Below, one piece after another: positions 15,522-25,285 of a DNA stretch of 64,000 bases (its first letter is position 1; the number at the start of each line of letters is the position of its first letter). The position numbers and the translations under genes are program-made. The notes under the pieces are model-generated. The model saw nothing but the letters and a program-made list of their open reading frames with translations, did not search any database and had not been told where the DNA came from. Source of the stretch: an uncultured Planctomycetales bacterium (GTDB taxonomy: Bacteria > Planctomycetota > SBBH01); the NCBI GenBank assembly GCA_964455625.1, contig CAYVXZ010000005.1:9632-73631 (forward strand). The letters are read 5' to 3'.

Positions 15522-16497
15522 CGCCTGGCGCCTTCGGCGGCGCGAGGAGCTGTTCCCGGAATGCCCGGTAATGGTCGGCGTGTTCCGGCTTCAGGGCGAT
15601 GATCCGGTCGACGGTCGCCACCGCTTCCGGGATCCTCCCGGTCAGCTGGTAGCACCGCGCGAGGAGATCCAGGTAGGCGGACTCCTGGGGCGCTTCCCCC
15701 GAGGCCGCCTCCGCGAGCGCCAGCGCCTGCGGGATCTCGCGGTCATGCTCCACGTAGAAACGCGCCAGCGCGAACCGCGCGCCGACGGCGCCGGGCCCGC
15801 CCTGCCCGATCTGGCGCGTGTACCCGGAAATCGCCTGCTGGAACATCTTCTCGGCGGTCTCGGGCTGTCCCTGCGAGACGAAGATGTCCCCCAGGTGCTC
15901 GTAGACACAGGTGTAGTTCGGCTCCGTAGCGAGAACCTGTCCGTAGACGGCGATCGCCTCCTCGAAGCGCCCCGTCGCCTTCAGGATGTCGGCGATCCGG
16001 TGGTTGGCGAGGGTGCAGTTGTGATGCTCCTTCAGCGCCTCGCGGAACTCCGCCAGGGCCTCCTCGTGCCGTCCCGCGGCGGCCAGCTCGTTCCCCTTCT
16101 GGAAGCGCGGTCCGTTGTGGTCGTGGTACTGGCCATGGCCGCCGTGACCCCGGGCCAGCTGGGCCTGGAGCCCCGCGACGTCGAGCCCCGGCTGTGCCGC
16201 CGCCTCGGGGGGCGCCGCCCGCGGCGCGGCCCCATGCCCGGCCGGGACGCGCGCGTCATCCTCGCGGAACCGGTCGTACGCCTTGTCGAGGGTCGACTTG
16301 TAGAGCGGGCTCATGGGGGCGTCCTCGAAAAGCGCCGCGTCCGACATGAAGAGCCCCGCGGCAACAGCGAGGGCGAGTCCCCCTCCGACAAGCGTGCTGG
16401 CGGTCGTTCCCATGGCCGGAGAGCCTATCAGAGAGCACCCGAAACGCCAGCGCCAGCGCCGCAAAATATTCGATGAAGATTCCACGTCGGTCGGCAA
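15475..16497 (-). CDS. secreted TPR-repeat protein (alternative start at 16413, MGTTASTLVGG signal peptide)
   Basis: TPR-like repeats (AEFREALKEHHNCTLANHRIADILKATGRFEEAIAVYGQVL...); N-terminal hydrophobic signal. Confidence 0.55.
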   Translation of the reverse strand: MPTDVESSSNILRRWRWRFGCSLIGSPAMGTTASTLVGGGLALAVAAGLFMSDAALFEDAPMSPLYKSTLDKAYDRFREDDARVPAGHGAAPRAAPPEAAAQPGLDVAGLQAQLARGHGGHGQYHDHNGPRFQKGNELAAAGRHEEALAEFREALKEHHNCTLANHRIADILKATGRFEEAIAVYGQVLATEPNYTCVYEHLGDIFVSQGQPETAEKMFQQAISGYTRQIGQGGPGAVGARFALARFYVEHDREIPQALALAEAASGEAPQESAYLDLLARCYQLTGRIPEAVATVDRIIALKPEHADHYRAFREQLLAPPKAPGDAPAPAEETTPQTPR

Positions 16498-16642
16498 GTC
16501 CGGTTTGTATCAGGTGACATGGCCGTACGGTCAGCAAAACCCGGACCAGGCTCCTTTCCGGCGAGAGTCCGGCACGCGGGTCGCGCGACGACGCCCGTCT
16601 GACGTCTAGATGCGTCTTATCCGGCCCTTTCCCGACGTCATC

Positions 16643-17920
16643 CTATCGCGCCGCGTTCCGCACGGTCTCGGAGGGATCCGATCCCCCGATCCGCGCGAGC
16701 TCTTCGGCCGCCTCGCGCGTTCCCAGGGAGCGAAGCGCGTAGACCGTCTGAAGGCGCCCGGAGTCGGGTTGCGCGCCGAAATTCCCCATGAGCGCGCGCA
16801 CCGCCCCCCCGCGGTCGACGCGCGAGACGGCCTGCGCCGCACCCAGGCGCACCTGGAACGGCAGGCGGTCGTCCCGGGCCGTCTGCTCGAAGACGTCCAG
16901 GTTCCGGCGCAGGCGGTCCGCCTGGAAGCTCGCCCACGCCTCCGGCGGCATCTCCCCCGGCCGGCCGGCGCGCAGCTCCGCGAGCATCTGGTCCTGGGCG
17001 CGCCCGTCGCCGGCGCGCGCCAGGGCCGCCAGGTACGCCTCCTGGACGCCCGGCGGGGCGGATCGCGCCGCCTCCCACAGGCGTTCCCGGTTTTCCGGGC
17101 TCTCCTGGCAGCTCCAGACAAGCCCCCCCGAGATCGCCATGCGGTCCTCCGGCGAGGAACCCGGCGAGAGAAGAATCGCCATGTCCGCCAGGGTGTCGCC
17201 GCGGCGCGCCAGCCCCGCCAGGATCGCCTGCCGGGCGATCCGGTCCGGCGCGTCCTCGAGGCGCGCGAGCAGGAATTCCCGGGCCTCGCCCCCCTCGACG
17301 CCCGACAGGATCCCGATCAGGTGGTAGCGGACCCCGCTCTCCTGCTCCTCCGACGCGCTCCAGAGCGTCCCGAGGGCATCCGGGCCGCCGATCCGGGCGA
17401 TCATGTGCGCGATCCCCAGGCCGTCGCCGGGCGATTCCGCCAGGGTTTCCCGCAGGCGCGTCCCGAGCTCCGGCAGGAGCGCCTCGACGACCCCCGGAAC
17501 GGGGTTCTTCCGGAACTCCTCGATCAGGGCGAAGGCCGCCCCGTACCCCTTTCCTCCCTGCGCGAGGGCGCCCAGGAGCATGTCGGCGAAGGAACGCGCC
17601 TCGCCGGACGCCAGGGCGGACCGCCCCTTCGCGACCAGGGAAGGATCGGCCCCTTCCGCCGTCGGACGCGCGGGAAGCCCGCCTCCGGCATCGGGCAGGT
17701 CGGCCGGGGCCGCGAGACGCCGGAGGATCTGGACCTCCTTGCGCAGGCGATCGGCCTCCGACTCGGATTTCTTCAGGGACGTCTCCAGGCGTACGATGTC
17801 GCCGCGGGCGGAAGAGCGCTCCCGGTCCGCGGCGGCGCCGCTCCCGAAGATGTACCCGACACAGCCGGCGACGCCGGCCGCCCCCAGGACCCCGGCGAAC
17901 AGGAGGAACCGGGCCGTCAC
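16643..17920 (-). CDS. membrane-anchored coiled-coil / HEAT-like repeat protein (hypothetical)
   Basis: 425 aa; N-terminal TM segment; coiled-coil (LETSLKKSESEADRLRKEVQILRR); repeated helical ARM/HEAT-like units. Confidence 0.45.
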   Translation of the reverse strand: MTARFLLFAGVLGAAGVAGCVGYIFGSGAAADRERSSARGDIVRLETSLKKSESEADRLRKEVQILRRLAAPADLPDAGGGLPARPTAEGADPSLVAKGRSALASGEARSFADMLLGALAQGGKGYGAAFALIEEFRKNPVPGVVEALLPELGTRLRETLAESPGDGLGIAHMIARIGGPDALGTLWSASEEQESGVRYHLIGILSGVEGGEAREFLLARLEDAPDRIARQAILAGLARRGDTLADMAILLSPGSSPEDRMAISGGLVWSCQESPENRERLWEAARSAPPGVQEAYLAALARAGDGRAQDQMLAELRAGRPGEMPPEAWASFQADRLRRNLDVFEQTARDDRLPFQVRLGAAQAVSRVDRGGAVRALMGNFGAQPDSGRLQTVYALRSLGTREAAEELARIGGSDPSETVRNAAR

Positions 17921-17921
17921 G

Positions 17922-18311
17922 CTATTCGGGCCCCGCGGGGGCCTGCGCCGGAAGCGCCAGCCATGGCTGGGGCAGGAGCTCGCCGTCGTGGACCGGGATC
18001 TCCGGAAAGACGCGCGCGACGGGGATCTCCGGAAAGCGCGGCAGCGTCTCCTTCGTGAAGACCGACCGGAACGCGATCGCGCAGGCGAGGAAGACGGCGC
18101 CGATCGCGGCGAGCGAGAGAAGGTTCTCCTGCAGGCGCGCGCGCCTCTCCCGCAGGGTCACCTGCTCGGCGTGCATCTCCACGAGGTGGCGCCCCGGCGT
18201 GATCGGCTTTCCGCAGGCGGCGCAGAAGACGATCCCGGCGAGGTTCGCGTGTCCGCAGCCGCCGCACTTCACCGGGCCGCTCCTTCCAGCGACTCCGCCT
18301 GCCGGCGGCAT
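17922..18311 (-). CDS. zinc-ribbon domain membrane protein (hypothetical)
   Basis: VKCGGCGHANLAGIVFCAACGKPI is a CxxC...CxxC zinc ribbon, followed by one TM helix. Confidence 0.5.
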   Translation of the reverse strand: MPPAGGVAGRSGPVKCGGCGHANLAGIVFCAACGKPITPGRHLVEMHAEQVTLRERRARLQENLLSLAAIGAVFLACAIAFRSVFTKETLPRFPEIPVARVFPEIPVHDGELLPQPWLALPAQAPAGPE

Positions 18312-19606
18312 TCGTCGGCCTTGGCCGGCAGGTCCATCCGGCCGTAGAGGACGGCGAGATTGCGCCAGACTATGGGGCTTCCCGCGTCCCGTCCGGCCGC
18401 CTCTTCCAGGCGGCGCACGGCGATGTCGGGGTTCTCACCGCCCAGGACGTCGAGCACGATCCGGTTGTTCCCCGCCGCCGCCGCGGCCTGCGGGGGAATC
18501 CGGTCGGGAGGAATGCCCGCGTAGACGGCGCGCCAGTCGGCGAGCGCCTTCCCGCCCGGCGCGGGGACGACGCGCGACGCGCCCGCCGAAAGCGCCAGGC
18601 GGTTCATCGCCGCCACCGGATCCTTCCCGCCCGAGAGCACGTTCCAGCGTTCCGCGGCGGCGAACATCCCGTCGGCGCGGGCGCGGGCCGGGCCGTCGGC
18701 GGACCCCTTCATGTCGCGCACAAGGACCACCCCTGCCAGGTTCGCCAGGCGCGCCGCGGCGGACGGATCGATCCCGGGAACCCCCTCCACCTTCCGGACC
18801 AGCGCCTCCGCGGCCGCCACGTCCTTCTCCGCGAGGGTTCCGGCCGCGAGCGACACCAGGAGCCGCAGGCGCTCGCGACGCAGTTCCACCGACAGGATCA
18901 GGCCCGGCAGGCGGTCGGTCGATCCCGCCGCGGGCGGCTCGGCCCGGCCCGCCACCCAGCGGGCCTGGTCCATGTGTCGCGCCGCGTCGGCCAGGCTTCC
19001 CCGGCGCTCGGCGATCGTGGCCAGCCCCAGCAGGGACTCCACGGTCGCACGCCAGCCGGCCGGCTCGGTCTCCTTCCCCGCCAGGACCTTCCTCAAGTGG
19101 CCTTCCGTCCGGTCGAGGTCCCCCTTGCGCGCCGCGCAGGCGGCGAGGTTCACGAGCGGCTCGGGGGCCCCCGGGCAGCGGGCCGCCAGCCGCTCGATCG
19201 CGGCCGCGAGATCCGCGTCGACCCGGCCCCGCCCGATCGCCGCCGCGTGCAGGGCGGCCTCCGCGCGCGCCGGATGCCCCGGCGCGGACGCCACCGGGTC
19301 CCCGACGCGCTCCCGGACCGCCAGCGCCAGGAAGCCGGCGTCCTCGTACCCCGGCAGGATGCGGGCCGCCTCTTCCCCCGCCGACGCGGCCTCGAGGAAG
19401 CGCCCCTCGCGCCAGGCGGCGAGCCCCCTCCGGAAGGCGCGGCCGGCCGTGAACTCGTCCCATCCGGACGCGGCGACCGCAAGGCCGAGCGCGAAGAGGA
19501 GCAGCGTCCCGCCCGCCATGGCCATCGTCGGGCGGTCGAAGAGGTCCAGGAACGAGACGCGCGCCCTGCTCATCTCAAAAGAAGAGAATCGCCCCGTCCA
19601 CGGCAT
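18269..19606 (-). CDS. membrane-anchored TPR-like helical repeat protein (hypothetical)
   Basis: 445 aa; N-terminal TM (GGTLLLFALGLAVAASG); helical repeats. In an apparent operon with the zinc-ribbon and HEAT-like genes. Confidence 0.4.
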   Translation of the reverse strand: MPWTGRFSSFEMSRARVSFLDLFDRPTMAMAGGTLLLFALGLAVAASGWDEFTAGRAFRRGLAAWREGRFLEAASAGEEAARILPGYEDAGFLALAVRERVGDPVASAPGHPARAEAALHAAAIGRGRVDADLAAAIERLAARCPGAPEPLVNLAACAARKGDLDRTEGHLRKVLAGKETEPAGWRATVESLLGLATIAERRGSLADAARHMDQARWVAGRAEPPAAGSTDRLPGLILSVELRRERLRLLVSLAAGTLAEKDVAAAEALVRKVEGVPGIDPSAAARLANLAGVVLVRDMKGSADGPARARADGMFAAAERWNVLSGGKDPVAAMNRLALSAGASRVVPAPGGKALADWRAVYAGIPPDRIPPQAAAAAGNNRIVLDVLGGENPDIAVRRLEEAAGRDAGSPIVWRNLAVLYGRMDLPAKADECRRQAESLEGAAR

Positions 19607-20084
19607 CGACCGGCACCATCCCGAAGGAACGCCCGTCGAGGGGCTTCCCGCCCTCGAGGGCGACCGCGCCGTTGTCGGCGAGGAGCAGGAGATGCCCCCG
19701 CGGGACGCGCAGCGCCGGGAAGGACTCCGAGGCGACGGGCGCGAAGCCGTCCCAGCGGACGCGCTCCCCGTCGACCGTGAGCTCGCCGCCCGCGAGGGAG
19801 ACGGTCTGCCCCTCCGCCGCGACGACGCGCGCCGCGAGGAACGTCTTCCCGCCGCGGGGCGCCGCGACCCCCGGCGGCGCGACGAACCGGACGATCTGGC
19901 CGCTCTTCCATCCCCCGCGCCTGTCGAGCAGGTAGTACTGGCCGGGCTTCAGGGTCGGGTTCATCGCCATGAAATCTTCCGGGATCCGGTCCGGCATCGA
20001 GAAGGAGGCGCCCGCCCACAGGCAGAAGGCGACAACCCCCGTCACGGCGGCGGCGCGCAGGATTCCGGCGATCCGGGCGAACAC
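19575..20084 (-). CDS. S26 (signal peptidase I)-like protein, divergent
   Basis: N-terminal TM; AMNPTLKPGQYYLL aligns with SPase I box B (SMxPTL) but the Ser position is Ala; LLLADNGAV resembles box D GDNR; FGMVPVDAVDGAI resembles box E. Confidence 0.4.
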   Translation of the reverse strand: MFARIAGILRAAAVTGVVAFCLWAGASFSMPDRIPEDFMAMNPTLKPGQYYLLDRRGGWKSGQIVRFVAPPGVAAPRGGKTFLAARVVAAEGQTVSLAGGELTVDGERVRWDGFAPVASESFPALRVPRGHLLLLADNGAVALEGGKPLDGRSFGMVPVDAVDGAILFF

Positions 20085-20245
20085 GCGGCCATGATAACGT
20101 GCAGGCCGCCTTTCCGCGAAAAAAGTGGACTCGGGCTGGCCGCTTCCTACACTGGCCGCGTCCCTTCGACCGGCTCATGGCGGAACCCGGATGCATCGAG
20201 GGACGGACCTCAAGGGAGAAAGGGCATCGCCGGACTGACCGATCC

Positions 20246-21514
20246 ATGCGAAAAATCCTGCTTTACTCCGTGCTTCTCGTGCTCGGTTTGGCCGGATCGC
20301 AATGGCTGCCCCACGCCATGGGGTCCGCTTTTCCGGCCGCGGCACTCGCGGTCCGGATCCTCACCATGCTGGGCCTGTCATTCATCATGATCCGCGTCGG
20401 CTACGAGTTCGACATCGACAAGTCCAGTCTCAAGCAATACGGCTGGGATTATTTCGTCGCGTTCACCGCCGCCAGCTTTCCGTGGATTTTCGTGTCGCTG
20501 TACTTCGTGTTCGTCCTGCTTCCACCCGACGCCTGGGGCCGCCTGGATTCCTGGAAGGAGACCCTTCTGGCTGGCCGCTTCGCGGCGCCGACGTCGGCAG
20601 GCGTGCTCTTCACGATGCTCGCCGCGGGAGGGCTGGGCGCGACCTGGCTCTTCCGGAAGGCCCGCGTCCTGGCGATTTTCGACGATCTCGACACCGTACT
20701 TCTCATGATCCCCCTCAAGATGCTCATGGTGGGACTGGCGTGGCAGCTCGGGGTGGTGGTCCTGATCATGTTCGCGATGCTGGCGTGGGGATACGCCTTT
20801 CTCCACAAGGTCCGCATTCCCGTGACATGGCCGTGGGTGCTGGCATACGCCGGAGGCATCACGGGATTCAGCGAGCTGGTCTATTGGGGCTCCAGGCAGA
20901 TCGACGCTTCCGTGCCCGTGCACGTCGAGGTCCTGCTTCCCGCGTTCATGCTGGGGTGTGTCATGGCCTACCCCCGAGGCAGGACGGATGGGCCCCATGA
21001 CCACGACATGGAGGGCCACCACCCCGAAATCGAAACGCCCGACGAGCGCCGCGTCACGGCGCTCGTGGCCGGCGCCTTCATGCTGCTGGTCGGGCTTTCC
21101 ATGCCGGCCGTCCTCGGCTTCGGCGAGGGCAACGGCCATGAACCCGCCGCCGAGTTCGTGCAATCCCTGGGCCATGTCACCTCGTCTCAGCCGCCCCTCG
21201 GATGGGGCGCGCTGGCTTTCCACACCCTTGTCGTCACCGTGATTTCCAATCTGGGAAAGATGTTCCCGGCCCTGTGCTACCGGAAGGAGGCCCGGTGGCG
21301 TGAACGGCTGGCCCTCGCGATCGGCATGTGGCCCCGGGGCGAGGTGGGCGCGGGCGTACTTGTGATTTCCCTGAGCTATGGCATCGGGGGACCGATCGTG
21401 ACGGTCGCCATGTTCAGCCTCGCCCTCAATCTGGTCCTGACGGGAGTGTACATCTACGGCGTCAAACGGCTGACGCGGTCCGTGCCCGGCTATGGGCCGG
21501 CCGCGTCCTGCTAG
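20246..21514 (+). CDS. cation:proton antiporter family membrane protein
   Basis: Start at MRKILLYSVLLVLG; about 12 TM helices; overall CPA/Na+-H+ exchanger-like topology. Confidence 0.5.
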   Translation: MRKILLYSVLLVLGLAGSQWLPHAMGSAFPAAALAVRILTMLGLSFIMIRVGYEFDIDKSSLKQYGWDYFVAFTAASFPWIFVSLYFVFVLLPPDAWGRLDSWKETLLAGRFAAPTSAGVLFTMLAAGGLGATWLFRKARVLAIFDDLDTVLLMIPLKMLMVGLAWQLGVVVLIMFAMLAWGYAFLHKVRIPVTWPWVLAYAGGITGFSELVYWGSRQIDASVPVHVEVLLPAFMLGCVMAYPRGRTDGPHDHDMEGHHPEIETPDERRVTALVAGAFMLLVGLSMPAVLGFGEGNGHEPAAEFVQSLGHVTSSQPPLGWGALAFHTLVVTVISNLGKMFPALCYRKEARWRERLALAIGMWPRGEVGAGVLVISLSYGIGGPIVTVAMFSLALNLVLTGVYIYGVKRLTRSVPGYGPAASC

Positions 21515-21520
21515 ACGCAC

Positions 21521-22219
21521 ATGCAGAGAACACCCCCAATCCCCAAGCGGGTCCGCCGGAAACATCTCTTCAAGGCGGCGACCTTCGACCTCTTCGAGCA
21601 GATCCTCGACTTCGGCCCGGGGCGGCGGAACGTCGCCTGGTACATGATCACGCACCCGGGGGCGGCGTCGGTCCTGCCGGTCCTCGACGACGGCCGGATC
21701 GTGATCCTCCGCCAGTACCGCCCCGCGATCCGCCGGTGGATGTGGGAGGTCCCGTGCGGGACGCTGGGAAAGGGGGAAGATCCCCTGGCGTGCGCCGCGC
21801 GGGAGCTGGCCGAGGAGGCCGGGTATGCGGGACGCCTCACGCCGCTGGCGAACTTCTTCAGCGCCCCCGGCTTCTGCGACGAGCGGATGTCCTGCTACGT
21901 CGCCCGCCGCCTGCGGCCGGCCCCGGTGAACCGCGACCTCGACGAGCGGATCGTCGTCCACCGGATGCGCCCGGAACGGGTCCTGCGGCTCCTCGCGGCC
22001 GGCAAGATCGAGGACGCGAAGACGCTTATCTGCCTTCTGTCGTATTTCCTGGAGAACCCGGCTGCGGCGAGCCGGGGCCCCGGCGGCCGTGCGGCCGGCG
22101 GTCGCGCCTTTCCCGCTGCTCCTGGTGCCGGTGCGCCTGCGGGTCGTACGGGCGCGCGAGGCGCGCCCAGGCGTCGGCGGGGGCGGGGTCGGCCCCGGCG
22201 GCGGCGAGCCGGATCCTGA
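21521..22219 (+). CDS. NUDIX hydrolase (ADP-ribose pyrophosphatase-like); 3' end probably over-extended
   Basis: Nudix box GTLGKGEDPLACAARELAEEAGY. The ORF continues about 150 nt past the expected domain end and overlaps convergent pcnB. Confidence 0.7.
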   Translation: MQRTPPIPKRVRRKHLFKAATFDLFEQILDFGPGRRNVAWYMITHPGAASVLPVLDDGRIVILRQYRPAIRRWMWEVPCGTLGKGEDPLACAARELAEEAGYAGRLTPLANFFSAPGFCDERMSCYVARRLRPAPVNRDLDERIVVHRMRPERVLRLLAAGKIEDAKTLICLLSYFLENPAAASRGPGGRAAGGRAFPAAPGAGAPAGRTGARGAPRRRRGRGRPRRRRAGS

Positions 22220-23543
22220 AGTAGGCGACCGCGAGCGAGAAGTACGGCCGCTCGATGAAGCGCGGCGGGCGTCCCTTCGCCGGGGGCGGCCGCTCGATCC
22301 GGCGCTGGGTGGCGAGGATGTGGAGCGCCGTCGCCCGGTCGAACCGCGGGAACGGCAGCTTCCCCCCCACGGCGTCGATGGCATCCTTGGCGGCCTCGGC
22401 CCAGTTGGCGGCATGCCCGCCTCGCGCGGCGGCCATCACCTCCTCGACGTGCGGCGAGACGAGCGTCGTGAAGGCGAGCGCCCGGCCGCCCGGCAGCTTC
22501 GCCATCCCCGACGCGTCGAGATGCCCGAGGCGCGACAGGATCTCCGCGCGCTTCGCGTCGTCCCGCATCGCGGGGACGAGCGCCGGATAGAGCTCGCCGA
22601 AAAGGTCCAGGTCCCAGAGGAGCGTGGTCGCCGCGGCGCACGCCCCCTGCTCGAGGATCCGGAAGCACTCCTCCACCACGCGCGAGGGAGGGCTCTTGCG
22701 GATCTCCTCCTTGTGCGCCCGGATCGCGGCCAGGTCGCCGTCCGCGATCGAGAACCCCAGGCGCGCCGCCAGCTTCACCGCCCGGATCATCCGGACCGGG
22801 TCCTCGCGGTAGCGCACCGACGGGTCGCCGATCGAGCGGACGACGCGCGCGGCGAGGTCCGGCAGCCCCCCCACGTGGTCGATCACGGAGAAATCGGCGA
22901 TGTTGTAGAAGAGCGCGTTCACGGTGAAGTCGCGCCGGAAGGCGTCCTCGCGCGGCGTGCCGTACAGGTTGTCGTCGCGGATCAGGAGGTCCTTTTCGCC
23001 CTCCGCCGTTCCCGCCACCGCCCCCCCGTTCGGGGCGGCCTCCGGAGACTCGTCGGGCCCCGGACCGGCCGGCGGGGCCGGGGGCGCCGCGTCGAGAAGC
23101 TTCCGGAAGGTCGACACCTCGACCACCTTCTTCGGCCCGAACGGCACCTGCACGAGGCGGAAGCGCTTGCCGATGATGCGGCTCCGGCGGATCAGCTTCC
23201 TCACCTGCTCGGGGGTGGCCGAGGTCCCGATGTCGTAGTCCTTGGGGGTGCGCCCCGCGAGGAGGTCCCGCACGCTCCCTCCCACGAGGTACGCCAGGTG
23301 CCCGGCGTTGTGCAGCTGGTAGAGGACCCAGAGCGCGTCCCGGTCGATGAGCTTCCGCGAGATCCCGTGCTCGGCCCGCGGCAGGATGCGCGGGACAGGT
23401 TCCGGATCGGGGGACTGGACGGAGTCGACGGAGGCCAAGCCCTGCCTTGTACAGGACCCGCGACCCCCTTGCAATCCCCGGAACGGGCCGGTAGACTTTT
23501 CCGCTCTTATGGCCGTCGTCATCCGTCTCCAGCGCGTGGGCAA
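22026..23543 (-). CDS. pcnB: poly(A) polymerase I (PcnB) / tRNA nucleotidyltransferase family; start codon uncertain
   Basis: ILPRAEHGISRKLIDRDALWVLYQLHNAGHLAYLVGGSVRDLLAGRTPKDYDIGTSATPEQVRKLIRRSRIIGKRFRLVQV closely parallels the E. coli PcnB N-terminus. The most upstream in-frame ATG at 23543 overlaps the rpsP start. Confidence 0.8.
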   Translation of the reverse strand: MPTRWRRMTTAIRAEKSTGPFRGLQGGRGSCTRQGLASVDSVQSPDPEPVPRILPRAEHGISRKLIDRDALWVLYQLHNAGHLAYLVGGSVRDLLAGRTPKDYDIGTSATPEQVRKLIRRSRIIGKRFRLVQVPFGPKKVVEVSTFRKLLDAAPPAPPAGPGPDESPEAAPNGGAVAGTAEGEKDLLIRDDNLYGTPREDAFRRDFTVNALFYNIADFSVIDHVGGLPDLAARVVRSIGDPSVRYREDPVRMIRAVKLAARLGFSIADGDLAAIRAHKEEIRKSPPSRVVEECFRILEQGACAAATTLLWDLDLFGELYPALVPAMRDDAKRAEILSRLGHLDASGMAKLPGGRALAFTTLVSPHVEEVMAAARGGHAANWAEAAKDAIDAVGGKLPFPRFDRATALHILATQRRIERPPPAKGRPPRFIERPYFSLAVAYFRIRLAAAGADPAPADAWARLARPYDPQAHRHQEQRERRDRRPHGRRGPGSPQPGSPGNTTEGR

Positions 23544-23907
23544 GAAGAACCAGCCCAGCTATCGCCTTGCGGTGGTCGACCGCCGCTTCAAGCGGGACGG
23601 CCGGTTCATCGAGATCGTCGGCAACTACGCCCCCCTCAAGAAGGAGAACACCCTCGTCATCCGGCACGACCGGATCCAGTACTGGGTCTCCCAGGGGGCG
23701 CAGGTGAGCGACCGGATCCGGTCGTTCCTCGCGAGCCATCCGGCCCCGGCCGCCGTCGCCGGAGCCGCCGCCGCGGCCCCCGCCCCGAAAGCGGACAAGG
23801 CCGGGAAGCCCGCTCCCGCCCCCAAGGCGGAAAAGCCCACGGCGGCCCCCAAGGCCGAGAAGCCCAAGGCCGCCGCGAAACCCGCCTCCAAGAAGCCCGC
23901 GAAGTAG
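23509..23907 (+). CDS. rpsP: 30S ribosomal protein S16 with Ala/Lys/Pro-rich C-terminal tail
   Basis: [43 protein letters not shown]; tail [41 protein letters not shown]. Confidence 0.9.
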   Translation: MAVVIRLQRVGKKNQPSYRLAVVDRRFKRDGRFIEIVGNYAPLKKENTLVIRHDRIQYWVSQGAQVSDRIRSFLASHPAPAAVAGAAAAAPAPKADKAGKPAPAPKAEKPTAAPKAEKPKAAAKPASKKPAK

Positions 23908-23932
23908 CTCCGGGGCCGCCCGGCTCCTTCCC

Positions 23933-24628
23933 ATGCGCGTCGATATCCTGACCCTCTTTCCCGAGATGTTCGGGGGCGTCCTCGGCGCGAGCATCCTGAA
24001 GATCGCCCGCGAGAAGGGGATTCTCGACGCACGGGTCGTCAACTTCCGCGACCACACGCTGGACAAGCACAAGAAGGTGGACGACCGCCCCTACGGCGGC
24101 GGCCCGGGGATGGTCCTCGCGGCGCAGCCGGTCGTCGACGCGGTCGAGGCGGTGAAAAAAAGCGGCCCGGCCGGCGCCGCCCCCCGCGTGGTCCTGATGA
24201 CGCCCCAGGGGCGCCCCTTCACCCAGAAGGTCGCCGCGGAACTGGCGGCGGCGCCCTGGCTCGCGATCGTCTGCGGCCACTACGAGGGGTTCGACGAGCG
24301 GATCCGCGCGATTCTGGCCCCGGATGAAATCTCGGTCGGCGACTACGTCCTCACCGGCGGCGAGCTTCCCGCGATGACGGTCCTGGACGCCGTGACGCGG
24401 CTCCTGCCGGGGGTCCTCGGGGACCCGGAGTCGGCGGCGACCGAATCGTTCTCGGACGCGTCGGGGGGACTCCTCGAGGCCCCGCAGTACACGCGCCCCG
24501 AGGAGTTCCGCGGCCACAAGGTCCCCGACGTCCTCCTATCGGGAAACCATGCCGAGATCGCCAGGTGGCGCCGGGCCGAGGCGGAAAGGCGCACGCGCGC
24601 GCGCCGCCCGGACCTGCTGAAGGACTAG
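23933..24628 (+). CDS. trmD: tRNA (guanine37-N1)-methyltransferase
   Basis: [13 protein letters not shown]...YGGGPGMVL...[12 protein letters not shown]...[10 protein letters not shown]. Confidence 0.92.
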   Translation: MRVDILTLFPEMFGGVLGASILKIAREKGILDARVVNFRDHTLDKHKKVDDRPYGGGPGMVLAAQPVVDAVEAVKKSGPAGAAPRVVLMTPQGRPFTQKVAAELAAAPWLAIVCGHYEGFDERIRAILAPDEISVGDYVLTGGELPAMTVLDAVTRLLPGVLGDPESAATESFSDASGGLLEAPQYTRPEEFRGHKVPDVLLSGNHAEIARWRRAEAERRTRARRPDLLKD

Positions 24629-24652
24629 CCTCCCCACGCCGAAATACAGGGG

Positions 24653-24988
24653 GTGCGGACGGTCCTCCTCCTGGTCGCCAGCAACGTCTTCATGACCTTT
24701 GCCTGGTACGGGCACCTGAAGCACAAGCAGGCGCCGCTGTGGCTGGCGATCCTGGCGAGCTGGCTGATCGCGCTCCCCGAGTACGCCCTGCAGGTCCCCG
24801 CCAACCGCTGGGGGCACGGGACGTGGTCCGCCACCCAGCTCAAGATCCTCCAGGAGGTGATCACGCTCGCGGTCTTCACCGTCTTCGCCTTCCTCTACCT
24901 GGGGGAGCGCCCTGCCTGGAACCACCTCGTGGCGTTCGCCCTGGTCATCGGCGCGGTCGCCTTCGCCTTCTGGAAGCCGTCGGTCTGA
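24653..24988 (+). CDS. DMT-superfamily small membrane protein (DUF486-like)
   Basis: 111 aa, 4 TM; SNVFMTFAWYGHLKH...LPEYALQVPANRWG. Confidence 0.55.
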   Translation: MRTVLLLVASNVFMTFAWYGHLKHKQAPLWLAILASWLIALPEYALQVPANRWGHGTWSATQLKILQEVITLAVFTVFAFLYLGERPAWNHLVAFALVIGAVAFAFWKPSV

Positions 24989-25008
24989 ACGGCTGCTAGA
25001 CTGGCGGA

Positions 25009-25281
25009 ATGCTCTACATGGTCGTCGAGCGTTTCAGGAACGCGGACGCGGGGCCGGTCTACCGGCGTTTCCGCGAGCGGGGCCGGATGGCCCCCGAGGG
25101 GCTCTCCTACGTCGCGAGCTGGGTGGACCGCGACCTGAAGCTCTGTTACCAGCTCATGGAAACGGAAGACCCGAAGCTCCTCGACGCCTGGATGACGAAC
25201 TGGAGCGACCTCGTCGACTTCGAGGTGCATCCGGTGATGACATCGAAAGAGGCCGCGGACCGGATCGCGCCGCGGCTCTAG
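25009..25281 (+). CDS. DUF3303 family protein
   Basis: MLYMVVERFRNADAGPVYRRFRERGRMAPEGLSYVASWVDRDLKLCYQLMETEDPKLLDAWMTNWSDLVDFEVHPV matches DUF3303. Confidence 0.7.
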   Translation: MLYMVVERFRNADAGPVYRRFRERGRMAPEGLSYVASWVDRDLKLCYQLMETEDPKLLDAWMTNWSDLVDFEVHPVMTSKEAADRIAPRL

Positions 25282-25285
25282 GAAC

